A stretch of DNA of 63,734 nt, counting the filler, from Choristocarpus tenellus KU-1152 (lineage: Eukaryota > Protista > Phaeophyceae): the NCBI GenBank assembly GCA_964200185.2. It is 12 parts of 12 records of this genome, joined end to end, with 100 filler letters (N's around TTAATTAATTAA, not from the genome) between each part and the next. Parts side by side here need not be neighbours in the genome. Positions count along the whole stretch, not along the records: positions 49,960 to 54,861 come from CAXNAD020012598.1; positions 54,962 to 57,825 come from CAXNAD020024112.1; positions 57,926 to 60,459 come from CAXNAD020026987.1; positions 60,560 to 63,734 come from CAXNAD020021776.1; 8 more parts are not named here. One strand, given 5' to 3'. How positions within the stretch are numbered: the first letter of the stretch is position 1; each line of letters begins with the position of its first letter. A model generated the notes under the pieces. That model saw nothing but the letters and a program-made list of their open reading frames with translations. It was not told the origin of the DNA and ran no database searches. Positions 50,307 to 62,400 of the stretch are shown piece by piece. The position numbers and the translations under genes are program-made.

Positions 50307-53300
50307 CGGCATTTCTGACTCAAAAAGTGCAGCTGGATGATGCAACCGTAAAGTTTGAGATTTGGGATACAGCCGGTCAGGAGCGATACCGGAGCTTGGC
50401 GCCCATGTACTATAGGGGTGCGGCTGCTGCAATTGTAGTGTATGACGTCACGAACAAGGTGAGAAATATTGAAGAAATTGCCTTGTGAGATTCTTGATGG
50501 TATGTCTTGCTAGTATTGTGAAGGAGTTATCACCTTCTAGTTTTCGAAGTACCCCTCCCCTCCCTTGAAAGTGATAAGGTTATTCCGCTAGACAATTGAA
50601 CTCTCAGTTTACCGATTCAGACACCCTTTTCGTTGCATCTATTGGAGATACTGTTGTGAACTCGTCGCTTGGATCAAGGGTGTCAAAAGGAAAGGGCAAG
50701 ATAATTGCAGCGCGTGCTAAGGTAGCGGTGCAGTGGTGTGAAGGAAGGTGTACCAACTTCAATGGTTGAAGAGATCATTTTTTTTTGCTGATGTGTACAC
50801 GTCGAGTATGGAGATTGCACCCCTGGATGTGACTTTGTGTGTTGGAAAAGCTACAACACGCCTTACTGTGTGATAATTTTGTCGTAGAAACTTTGCTTTC
50901 ACCTCTTGCGTTACGTCTGTTGTGTTTTTTTTTGCTGTAGGAGGAAGTAAATGTGATTGATGACTTGATGCTATGTACGAAATTGGGATGTCCTTGGGGA
51001 GTGGATGAAGATGCCTCACACTGTTCTACCTAGCAATCCGTGATATAGTTAACTTTATCAACTGGTGGGAAATATCGTTGCTAGTGCATGATGGGTTGCT
51101 GATGGTAATGCTTAATTTCCCATAAACTTAGAACTGGATATTTCAAAAATTCCCTTGAGAGTATCTTCAACCTGTTGTTGAAGCTTTTGTGAACGAGGCG
51201 GCACAAGAGGGGTGAGAGGTGACTTGCTTCTGTCACAAGTCAAAGGTTCATTACAATGCGAGCAGAACAGATACCACCTTTTGAAGTGTATGAATATGAC
51301 AAGTTCACATAAATAATCGAAGCTTTCTTGACAGGAAGGACTTCCAGCCTTCACGAGTGGAAGGTATCAGTACAGCTGTCTCCTTATGCCTTCATTCTCA
51401 CTATAGCACAGCATTTATGTACTATAATCTCCCCTGATTCAACCAACCTTTTCACCTTGCAGTTTTTCTTTTTTTTTCATGGGCCCCGGTTCCACGAGCC
51501 TAAGACTTGCACACCAATTGTTACTTCATCCTTTGGTGTTGTCCAGAGGCGGTATTAATAGCATGTTTGTACAACAATAGCCGCGGCAAGGTGGTTTGAT
51601 GCAGAAGGGAGGAGAAGTAATCAGTCTCCACTTTAACTCTTGCCCCAGTTACTACACACCCCCACTACATTACGCTGCAATTTCCTCTATCCACGCAAGT
51701 AAGAACCCCTGCATTCCCTCCTTTCTGTTGCTGTTTCTATTTCTTACAACGTGTTCCTGACTCCAACCTCGACGGACACCACTCTCAATATGCGTGCATT
51801 CGTAAGGATTCTTTCAACGGTGCCAAGTCGTGGGTAAAGGAGCTGCAGAGAAGAGGAGATCCGAATGCAGTGATTGCCCTGGCAGGGAACAAGGCCGACC
51901 TGGAACACCGCCGGTGAGAGAGGGAGAGGTAGCACCAGTCTTTAGTCCTTACTCCCCGATAGTTGTTGGAGATGTGGAGGACCCTGCTGCTGCTGTAGCA
52001 GTGTGGTGATAGCTTTTGTTGCCAGTGTTGGAGAGGCGTTGGTACTTGCTTGGTGGTGGTCCGAGGTTGTAGTAAAGTATAATGTATTATATATTAGTAT
52101 AATTTTGTGTACGCATGTGTGTGCGTTTTCTTAGGAGTTAGTATTTTGATGATTGAGTCTCCGGGGAAGGAGATCTCTTTTGTGGGACACCTGGAAGGAC
52201 TCGGTCTGCCTAAAGAAAGGCTTTTCTAGTCAGTACTGTCCCCAGCCCTGTGACCTCTCCAGTGATGAGAAGTCGAGGGTGAGTTAATATGCGGGCATAC
52301 TCTCCTCTCTTTGTAAACCTGTTGTGTGTTTGGTGTGGAAGACTCTTGTGAACTGTGGCGAGTTTTGCGGCGTGATAAGTGTCTTACGGCTCCTCGATTG
52401 GGTACAGCAAGTGCTGTTGTGTCAGGCAACATGACCCCCCGCCCATGGACTGGCTGACTTCTTACGGAAGGAAGAGGCGTCGCATGCGAAGAAGTGTATT
52501 TTACAATATGTGTTATCTTTGAACATGTGTCTTATTGTTTTCATTCACTCTTACTGTGACTACGCTTTTCTTTTTTTTTGGAGGGATGCACCCACCCATG
52601 GCTGCCACATGTCATGTCTACATGTAATTGGTTTGATCCGCGTCCTCCTTTCTTATTTCCAAGCAAGCGGCACTCAAATGCCCACATGTTTACAACATGT
52701 GATGGATGGCGTACACCATGCTTGAGCAGCAGTGAAGCCAGCCCGACCAGATCATTGGGACACATGCACACAGACCAGAGCCCGCTGATTGTTGCTCTTT
52801 TGATTGCCTTGTTTCCTCTTAAGGGGTTTGATTTTCTTGTGTTCCTCTAATTTTCTCTTTTTCTCTCTTTCTTTTTCTCTGGGGACGTGGTCGTGTAGAC
52901 AGCTCTTAGTGGTGTCCTCCTACTCAAGTACTGGGTGCTTAGTCATTCATGCCTTGGTTTCTCTTGGCTGGGCTTGTTCGCTACACTTGTGATGTAAATT
53001 TCTTTTTTTCTTTTCAGTATCTTGTAACTGCTTTTTGAGTGATGCGTAACCGCTTTTTTTCCCTCTTGTCTACCCATTTGACTATGATTCAAAATGACAC
53101 TTCAGGGTGGAGTCTTCAGACTTTTTTTGAGGCCGCTACTAATAGGGTCGATGCAGTATGTACCTCTTCCAAATCGGAAGGCCGACGGACTGTAAAATTC
53201 CAACGACTTCTGATTGGGTCGCCATAGTGGCCAAGAGCCGTTTATTGTTTGTTTTTTCTAAGGAGAATTGGTCGGAGACCTTCACTTAGCTTTTCCCACT

Positions 53301-54414
53301 CGGATGAGGGATACCAAATTAGTTAGAAACATAGTCGGTGAGAGCATTGAAAGCACAGATTTTTTTTTGTTGTATCTCGTTTTTTTTAAAATCTTTATGG
53401 CGGTTGATGAATTGCATGAAACTGAAAATCACTTTCGCATTGTAGGCATGGTTATCGGTTGGACTGTGAAACCAACAACGAAGCGTTTTTTGAGCCATCC
53501 TGAGACTGATGTGTGAAGAAATAAGGACTGTGAGCTCTTAACCCCTCGCCCCTCCCCCCCCCATAACCCTCGTGTGTTGGTGTTTGAACAGGCAAGTTCT
53601 GTATGAGGAGGCTCACCAGTACGCTGAGGACAACGGGCTAATCCACATGGAAACCTCAGCTAAAAGTGCTCTCAATGTCAAAAATATCTTTGTGGAGATT
53701 GGTGAGAGGGATTGGCTTTGGAAGGGGCCTGATGAGCAGGGTTTGGGGGTGGGGGGTACAAGGAGTGTGTTGGAAGAAAATGATAAAGGGGAGGGGAGGG
53801 GTGTATTTTGATTGGTTCATTCATGCGTTGCATAGCAAAGCTTAAGCTGAGGAAAGTAAATGTGGTAGAGAGTGTTTTGTTGGTGGGAAGGCGAACACCA
53901 GTGCTTAAATTTTCGCGTGAAATCGATTCTGGGGCAGCAGATGAAAAGTTGTTGAGCATGGGATTTGATACATGAGCCTTAACGTGTTTTTTTCTAAATC
54001 ATGAAGGCTTCAACAACCCTGGTTGTCTATCTGGGTTAGGGTTTGGCTCTGCTACGTACACTCAATGTGGGATCAGGCATAGTGTTGCAGCGGTGACAAA
54101 CAGAAGACACGTACAACAGCTCTGGCAAAGAGGGTTGTGGACGCTCATTTGTACCCCAGAATAGATGGGGATGCCACCTGTAAGACAACTCTATGATAAC
54201 ATAACCCTACCCCTGGCCCACTTCATCTTTCCTTCTTTCCTCTCCATATGCCCATCTAAGCCCCTACCCCTCACCCTGCCCCTCACCCCCACTTCCCTCT
54301 TAACATGTTAATATTACAGCCCAGAAGCTACCAAAGGCATCAATACAGCTGGAGAGGGAGGTGGCGTTTCCCATCAGGCCACCAGGACGTGAGAAGAAGT
54401 CGGGTTGCTGCTGA
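50307..54414 (+). CDS. RAB5: Rab5 small GTPase, 5' truncated; exons 50307-50458, 51807-51913, 53592-53701, 54320-54414
   Basis: [29 protein letters not shown]..|[27 protein letters not shown]..|ETSAK..|KKSGCC*; all junctions GT-AG and in phase. Confidence 0.96.
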
Positions 54415-54961
54415 AACCTTTGGCCAGTGCCAGTGCTTGTTGTCTACTCTGTTGGTGTTCTTCGCTTGTTGTCTACTGTGCACCTGCAACCAACTCCGCT
54501 GCCAGCTGCAGTGGGAGTTTTGGGGAGGGGGGGGACAGGGAAGGACAAATGAAGAGAAGGAAGGACCTCTTTTGATTATGACCTCCCATGCTAGCTTCTC
54601 CTTTGAGTGGGGCCATTGCTTGGAAGGAGGATGTAGGGGGAAAGGGGAAAGGTTTTATTTTGTTTTGTGAAGAAGGTTGATGAATCCTTAGCAAGCTCGC
54701 AGCCAAAGTGTCAGCGGGGCAGGCATACTAATGGTGATGGTTGAAATGGTACAGACTTCCTAACGTGTCCATGGCGTGTTGATGTGGTGATAAGGTTGAG
54801 TCCCCCCCCCCCCTCCCCCCCCCACTCCCCTACTCTTTGTCCCTTTTCTTTGGGCTGGCTGNNNNNNNNNNNNNNNNNNNNNNNNNNNNNNNNNNNNNNN
54901 NNNNNTTAATTAATTAANNNNNNNNNNNNNNNNNNNNNNNNNNNNNNNNNNNNNNNNNNNN

Positions 54962-55390
54962 TAACTACGAGGATCAAAGGAGCCCTCAATATGGGTGCGC
55001 CTTCGTGCCTCGGCTGCAGCAGCAGCTACACCATTACTGGAGGATGAGTGGATTAGGTACCTGTACCTCTGCGAAGGTGAAGTCTAGCAGAAGATCTTTG
55101 TCCCTGTAGGGAGCTGTTCCGGCGTCTGCTAGTGCACCTGCGTGAAACACCAGATCCATGCGGAGATTCCTGTCCGCTGTGAAAGGGCTACCATCCTCCG
55201 TAGTGCAAGGGATGTCCATCCCCTTGCATAGTTGGTGCAGGCGTTTTACCATTGGAGTGTACTGTCGTACCTGTCCCCTGCCCTCGGGCAGGTACGGGCG
55301 TGTCTGGTATCGACATTTTGCCTCCTGCACCCCAATTTCCAAGCACTACCAACAACGTATGTGGAAATTGTTGGCGACCTGCCTTTAAAA
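54962..55390 (-). pseudogene. Decayed 3' part of a CRE/R2-type non-LTR retrotransposon (restriction-like endonuclease)
   Basis: GSPFTADRNLRMDLV..LLLDFTFAE then, after a frameshift, AAAAEARRRTHIEGSFDPRS: R-x-D..D-x-T RLE pattern. Disrupted by frameshifts. Confidence 0.75.
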
Positions 55391-57701
55391 AAGCCTCTAT
55401 TTCAAAATAGTGACATGGAGGGGGGAACAAAAGAGTGGAGTTGATAACCACACTGTGAGAAGAAAATGACAATGGTATGATGCACCACTGGTCAAGAAAG
55501 ATTAGTGTGCAAGCCTCGAACTATTTTGTTAGGAGTTTTGTTTGGTAAGGACTTCAAACTACTTTGCAATTTGGTGGTGCAAGCCTGTGTTCCCTTAGTG
55601 GAGCCCTCTCAGGGTCTACCTATCTTTTGACTCCACAAACCAGTGCGGCCTCTCGTCACAACCATGTGTTGGGGTGAAGTCAACTGCTATGATTTTGGTC
55701 GGACTATCGATCAGATACACAACAAATGTGCAGATTATTTGCACAACACGAGTTTTCCTCGAGGATATTCGAATTAGTTTACTCTTGGTACTGACCGATG
55801 TTCGCTTCTAGTCTGGCACTGTGCCCCAAGAGCAGCCCTAGGAGGAAAGGGACAACAACAGAATAACAGCGTGGGGTGTTGTGCCTTGGCAAGGCCGTGT
55901 GGACTGTTCTGGTGGGAGAAGGCGAGAACACTATTTGCCACTAATTACCCATATTGGTGCTGCCAGGAGCAGTGGCAGGAGAAAAGGCACAGATAGGGAC
56001 TACTGTGTAGTCTGTGACTGCTGGGAAAAGGGAGAAGGTCTACCACCCAGCACCCGCACACTGTAGTGGTCCAGTAGTGCTGGGAGGAACGAAATATGTA
56101 GGTTGGAGCTGTGCCTGGGTAGAAAGGGTGAACTGTGCCAGGGGAGAGGGTCTGCGTGTGCCTGTGCAAAAACTGATGATCAAACTTCTAAGTGCACACA
56201 CACACACACACATATTGTATTCCAGTTGTGGGGTATGGTGTTGTGCGTAAATTTGACCTTCTCAGTGCACAACAGGGAATTAAAAACTTCACTTATTATT
56301 GCAATAGAGGCATCACAGTCAAGGCCTGACACATTGTGGGCCAAGCATGCCGCCCTCAATCACAAAAAATGGTTGGATGTAGTGGAGGTCTGTTTACAAG
56401 TTGTAGAGAAAATTAAGAAGAGTAGGATAACTTGTTCGTAGTGTTACTGCCTTTCCTCAACACTAGTATTTTATGGACCAAAAGTGAAATGCGTAATTAT
56501 TGATGAACACAAATGGTATAGTCCCTAATTCATTGTTGGTGGTGTATATAATATATTACGTAGTATGTATGCCATCAAATATTAATAATGATATACGTTA
56601 TATTACAATTGATGTATAGTGTAACAATGGCATGATTTTTTTTATTGTTGGTGGTTTTGGTGGTTCTGTTATCATTGTTGTTGTTCTAGTTGTTGTCCAT
56701 CTTTGCCTGTCCTCTTCTCCTCCTCCGTCCTTCATTTTACCACTAAAAAGATTTCATAGATTCCCATCCGATTCTATCGTGAATATTATGTGCAGAGACT
56801 ACTATATTGCTTTGCTCACGAGTTCTGGATTATTATTAATTCTTTTGCTTGCATTCCACCCATTCTACCCTCCCCCCTCCATTGAAACACCACTTGTGAC
56901 CAACCAGCGCATCCCCTCCATCACGGACTTCCAACCACGAGCCTATCCCATGACCAACCAGTGAGAACCCCCTTCGCCACTGATTTTCAGTCACCACCAC
57001 TTCCCCTCCACCCCACCCTTCAACCCCACTCAACCCCACACCACTTTCCACTCCACCACACCATTCAACACCACCCAACAGCACTCCATGATCATCCAAG
57101 AACACTCCTTCATCATCCACTTCATACTGTGCCTTTGAACTAGAAGACATCTATCCCACCTGAAGTTAAGCTTCCCCCCCTGTTCCCCAGCATCCCGGTC
57201 GGTCGTGAGCAATCGAAAGGGTGGGTGGGTGGGAAAGATTGCTCGGAGGTTGCCTTGTTCTAGCCCTGCTTGTCCTGTTCCACCAACCTCAAGTTTTCCT
57301 TATGTTCTGATCCATTCCTTCCTATCTTGTGCTTCCACCTACCATCCATTTCCTTCAACGTCTCTCCTACCTCTTCTCCCTCCTTCCTATCTAGTACTTA
57401 ACTCTTCGCCCACCTCATTATTTTCTTTCTCCCTAATCAGCACTCTGTTGCCAGCTGATGATGAGATTATGTCGAACAGTCCAAGACAAGAAAATAATGG
57501 AGGTAAGAACATCCTACTGGCAACAACAGTTGTGTCAAGTGCAACCTGCCAAGTGCATTTATGCTTTCTTCAGCAATCCTCGAATCACATAGGTGGTGGG
57601 GGAGGGGGGCAGGGAAGCCTTAGAACCAAAACTGTTGCCATACCAGATAGAGAATTTCCTCAAGACGTCTAAAGACAATTGCTACCATATGTTCCACCTC
57701 T

Positions 57702-57825
57702 AACAGCCGATTTCAAAAATTGAGGATGGAGCTTTTCATTGAGGATGGGCTTGACCCAAAATTGACTGGGATAATTAAAAAAAAATACATATCGACACTA
57801 TATCCCAGTCAATTTTGGGTCAAGC
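57702..57825. mobile_element. Foldback (hairpin) element, left arm, loop and start of right arm
   Basis: GCTTGACCCAAAATTGACTGGGATA is inverted as TATCCCAGTCAATTTTGGGTCAAGC after a short AT-rich loop. Confidence 0.8.
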
Positions 57826-58505
57826 NNNNNNNNNNNNNNNNNNNNNNNNNNNNNNNNNNNNNNNNNNNNTTAATTAATTAANNNNNNNNNNNNNNNNNNN
57901 NNNNNNNNNNNNNNNNNNNNNNNNNAAAAAAAAAAAAAGGTTGTGTGTCCCCCACCCGACCCCCCCCCCCCACCCCCCCCCCCCCCCCCCCCCCCAAGAT
58001 ACTTTGACCCTATATTTTTTGCAAGCTGTAGTGTCCCACCCTCACCTGTTAGAGCAGGGACTTCTTTCTTCTTAAGGACAACAACGCAAGGCAAAGTTTA
58101 GCATCGAATTTTAGCAATTGATCATTGGGCCTCTGGTATGAGTTACTCAATATGTGTGCTCAAGCAACCTCAATAGTCCCCAGAATTAAACACTCCATTA
58201 TTCAGACGTCAGGTCCTTCTGCTCACTGTAGAAAATGGAAGGCCAGATTCAGTCTGACAACATCGATGACCTTGTGAAAAACGTGGAAATGTACTAAGAT
58301 GGGAGAAGGTCTGGCAGAGCCTCTTTGCACAATGCAAGACTGTGTTGAATCACTTGGCCAACAGTGACATCCAAGGAGCGCGCTAAAAGATTGAGAAAAG
58401 GCAGAGAGTACTACATACACATAGATAGGTCCCTGGTGACAAAGAGGGATGACATTCCTTCATCTTCTGGAGAAGAACCTAGAGCTTGGGATATACTGGT
58501 TCATT

Positions 58506-58769
58506 GAGTCAAAAGTGTCTTAGAGGGTAGAACCGCGTCCATTTGGGGACCAAAATCAAATGTTGATATTTTGATGTAATTTTGGCTGTCGTGTTTGTTA
58601 GGAGGTGTCAACATCCTTGTTCCGGACACACATTTTCATAATGTATACGTATTACTACCTACTCCAACCATATAGGATTAGGTAAAATGTTATTAAAAAA
58701 CCCGTGGGAACCCAAGCCCCAAATGGAAACAACAGGGCAAAACTCATACCCTCTAAGATGCTTTCACTC
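58506..58769 (+). mobile_element. MITE family A, full copy
   Basis: GAGTCAAAAGTGTCTTAGAGGGTA ... TACCCTCTAAGATGCTTTCACTC; ATT on both flanks. Confidence 0.9.
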
Positions 58770-59862
58770 ATTCTTCACCAATTTATTAACAGAGCCTAGT
58801 AACAATGTATGCAAATATATCCTCTAATCCTCATATCTTCATTGGCCCAGGGTGTGGCCTACTACCCTGCCCATTTCATGTTCCTTTATTCCACCAGATC
58901 AGAGGAAGTATAACAATATATATATTATTTATATTATTCAGCTCGATAGGCAAGCCGCGCACCAAAACATTTTTTATGTTTATTCTACAAGACCAGGGGG
59001 AGCATTTGAGGTATCAGCAACACAAACCTTTCAGTACCCTCATTCTCTGTTCCCACTTACAGCACACACCTCGTCGTACTCGATTGCAGCCAAGGGTTGT
59101 ATCTCAGTGACCAAACCAAGGCGCATCAGTAAGTGTTCCAGCTCTGTGTAAGACCCCTCGGAGTGGATGATCATGTCATTCAGTTCACTACACACACACA
59201 CACACACACACACACAAAACAAAGCACAACACAACACAAAAACGCACACAACGTTACGTTAGGATAGGGATAAGTTTGCAGGTCCTTATGACGCTCTGCA
59301 TGGGGGTTTTGTAGAGATGTTCAGATCGCATCCTTGAGATGCATTTACATACTTCAAAGAATGCACCATCGTAAACAATTAAGCAACAATAAAAACAAAA
59401 ACAAAAGGAATTAACATAAAAATGCACTGTGGTTCGGGATATAGAGTCTTCGTGTTGGTCTACAGGGAGATATAACACATCACACATCCTCAGGATGTCT
59501 AAATCGCACTGCCCATTTTGCAACAGAGTATCCTTACAGGGCATTTATAAAAACTACGGAGTAGTTCAAGGTTCTGTAAACAAGTCAAAAAAGAAAAAAG
59601 AGGATGAAGGTTCTAGAAGGTTCTGATGCTGCTCGGCCGTGGACCTACTTGGAATAAACATTCACAATCACTCCATTTACCACACTACAGGCAATTGTAG
59701 ATCCCTGTGAGGTACACCAATACAATACATTACAAAATACAGGTATCACTTAGTAACAAATACATAAGAGTCAGGGGTTAGCATTACTCTGAAAATGGGG
59801 GGCCTATACTGCTTGGTATTGGTGTTGCTTATCATGCCATCCACAAAGAGTACATTCACACA

Positions 59863-60138
59863 GAATGAAAGTATTTCAGAGGGTACGAGTTTTGCCCTGT
59901 TTGTCTATTTGGGGCTTGACTTCCCACGGGTTTCTAACGGGCATATTACCTACTCCAAATTATTCCGAGGAAAGTAAAATGTGTATGTTCTGAAAAGGTC
60001 TGTCAGGGTGAAGATGCTGACAACTCCTAACAAACACGATAGCCAACATTGCATCAAAATCGCAACATTAGATTTTGGCCCCCCAAGCGGACGTGACTCT
60101 ACCCTAACCCTAACCCTAACCCTAACATACTTTGACTC
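59863..60138 (-). mobile_element. MITE family A, inverted copy with (CCCTAA)4 inside its TIR
   Basis: GAATGAAAGTATTTCAGAGGGTAC ... GACTCTA(CCCTAA)4CATACTTTGACTC. Confidence 0.88.
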
Positions 60139-60559
60139 CCCAAGGAGACACAATATAACGAACTCCAAAGGACAAGGAATTGGATACCAAGAGTGGGTTC
60201 GGGCGTACTGTCGACAGCATTGGGGGACTGTGCCTCAAGACCTACACCCAAAAAGTTACTATAGGAGACAGAGGCTGTTCTTAAAATGTTTGTGAGAACA
60301 AATAATATCCACTCTTGTCCAGATGCATTGATCGACTTCAAGGGTACCCTCTCAATCAGAAAGCCCGTATCAACTCGTGCACAGATTCAAACGAATGAGG
60401 TATCACTCAATCTTAGCAGAGTACACCCAATCCAACTCTTGACCTAAAGTATCTGGGGGNNNNNNNNNNNNNNNNNNNNNNNNNNNNNNNNNNNNNNNNN
60501 NNNTTAATTAATTAANNNNNNNNNNNNNNNNNNNNNNNNNNNNNNNNNNNNNNNNNNNN

Positions 60560-60634
60560 ACTTTATCCCAGTCAATTTTGGGTCAAGCCCATCCTCAATG
60601 AAAAGCTCCATCCTCAATTTTGAAATCGGCTGTT
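60560..60634. mobile_element. Foldback element, right arm
   Basis: Reverse complement of 57702-57773 apart from a 1-nt indel in the A/T run. Confidence 0.8.
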
Positions 60635-61609
60635 GCTTGGGCTCCTTTTTTTGTGTAAGATAAGGTATATATATGTAATACATACACTGTATGTTATCAT
60701 GGGAATTGTCTGTCGTGTGTGTTTGACATCTTGAAGAGAGGGAAGAGAGTCAATTACCTGACCTAACGTGGAAATGGAAGGACAGGGATAAACATTTCAG
60801 TGCTTCACCTCATTGCGTAACTTGTAGGTGTAGTAGATATATATCACGGAAGAATGTGCCTCCCTTGTGTTAGGACAATACTACATGGAGGAGCAGGAGT
60901 CCAACAAGAGAAGATATTTGATGAGTGCTTGGGCTCTTTTTTCAACATAATCATAACCACATGAATGTGAAAGAAATCACGCCTTTATTTCTAACATTGA
61001 AGTTACTATTTTCCAACTGAAAACGTACGACATTATTCTCTATCCAACATCATACTACAAATATTACATACATTTTGCAATCACTGGAACATATCTTTTC
61101 GATCTTTCACTAACAAGAAAAACTCTTGATATTCTTCTTTTTCTAAAGGCGACCTAGGAGCAGCCAGACGAAAGTTCAGAGGATCCTGTTTTTTCCTTTT
61201 TTTCTTCTAACAATTCACCATGTCTAACATTATCTACGATAAATTTACTTTTTGGTGAACCAAAGTATATTAACCACACCAAACTATTGTGGGTAAATTA
61301 CATTTTTGTTTATAAAAAACCACGACATTACTGGACTGATCATACTTATCTGACAGGGGCTTGTCAGTGGTCAACATGACTGGTGACCATAGGGGGAGCA
61401 GGCTCTTGCACTTGGTCTAAGAACCATGGAGTGCTGTAATACCTGCATAACGTTTCTTCGGAAGCTTCTCTACCGTATAATTTTTTACCGGGGAGGTTGC
61501 GCTCAACAATAAATCAAACAAACGCAACATCCACAACGCTCACCCACATAACCTGCACAGCGAACCACGCTAAATACTTACCCATAATCCTAATCATGTG
61601 TTTTAGTGT

Positions 61610-62400
61610 GTGTGTACATGGTGTGCCCTAGATTTTGTACTAAACGATCTCATCGTATGAATTGGTGTTGGCCAACTGGTCGCCTATTGCTGCCCCACTC
61701 TCTTACCATACGCCCTTAAGCTGACCGAACTCACCTATTGTTCATTCCACCGACGGATGATACATGTCCTTGTCACCCCTCACATTGTAAATCTCTTGAG
61801 GCTTGTCATATTTCCCACCCCTCTCCTCGACCGACCTGTTGAGGTAGTTGCAGTTTACCCTCGCAAAGTGGTGAATAAGTTCTTCCACCTGAGCGAGTAG
61901 GTGCCTCTTTCTCCGGCCAGTCATGGCATTATTAGTAGTAATGATGGTGGTTACTTATCTAGATTTCCCGCTCCCCTGCTGACAAGCAATGAAGCCTCCA
62001 TTTCGCTTCAAGAAGCGATAGGAATCAAGTGTTCAAGACGTTAGCTAGAGCTCTAGTTGTAGAAGGGCTGGGATTATTCGCTTTCCAGAAATTTCGGTCT
62101 TTATCTATTATAATTCCTTCTGCCATTGCGTGTATATATCTTGATGGATGTAACCCAGAACTGCAACATCTGAACGAGTAGGGTGAGAGTGTGCAGTAAA
62201 ATACCAAGCACAGTTGGTTGGAAACAATGAAATGCTCCACCAAGAAGTGTTTCTGTCCTTCACACAGCTGATTGAAAATAGGGATGGGCAGTGAGTGGTG
62301 CAGAGGTGCGATAAATTGACGAGAATGGTAGAGATGGCGACAAGAAGGGCGAGAGTAGTACATAATTGAATCCTCACAACTCGCTTTCGTTTTCTGGTTG
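61610..62400 (-). pseudogene. Decayed PIF/Harbinger-like (DDE_Tnp_4/HARBI1-type) transposase
   Basis: Across frameshifts and in the expected order: IAPLHHSLPIP, CFQPTVLGILL, HPTRSD, GGFIAC (cf. GFIDGT), TGRRKRHLLAQ (cf. Y.GHKR.H.LK.Q), YNVRGDK (cf. Y.+YGD), SVE*/REWG (cf. VEW.FG). Motif memory only. Confidence 0.5.

Noticed and set aside
56632-57672. Overlapping 100-155 aa ORFs
   Set aside because: Low-complexity C/A and C/T-rich DNA that lacks stops by composition.
58024-59145. Possible minus-strand exons (ELEHLLMRLGLV.., KKEVPALT)
   Set aside because: Plausible splice sites, but no consistent model or recognisable domain.
7580-60559. Recurring TTAATTAATTAA palindromes in N runs
   Set aside because: Artificial contig spacers. 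ORFs running into them and gene neighbourhoods across them are not real.
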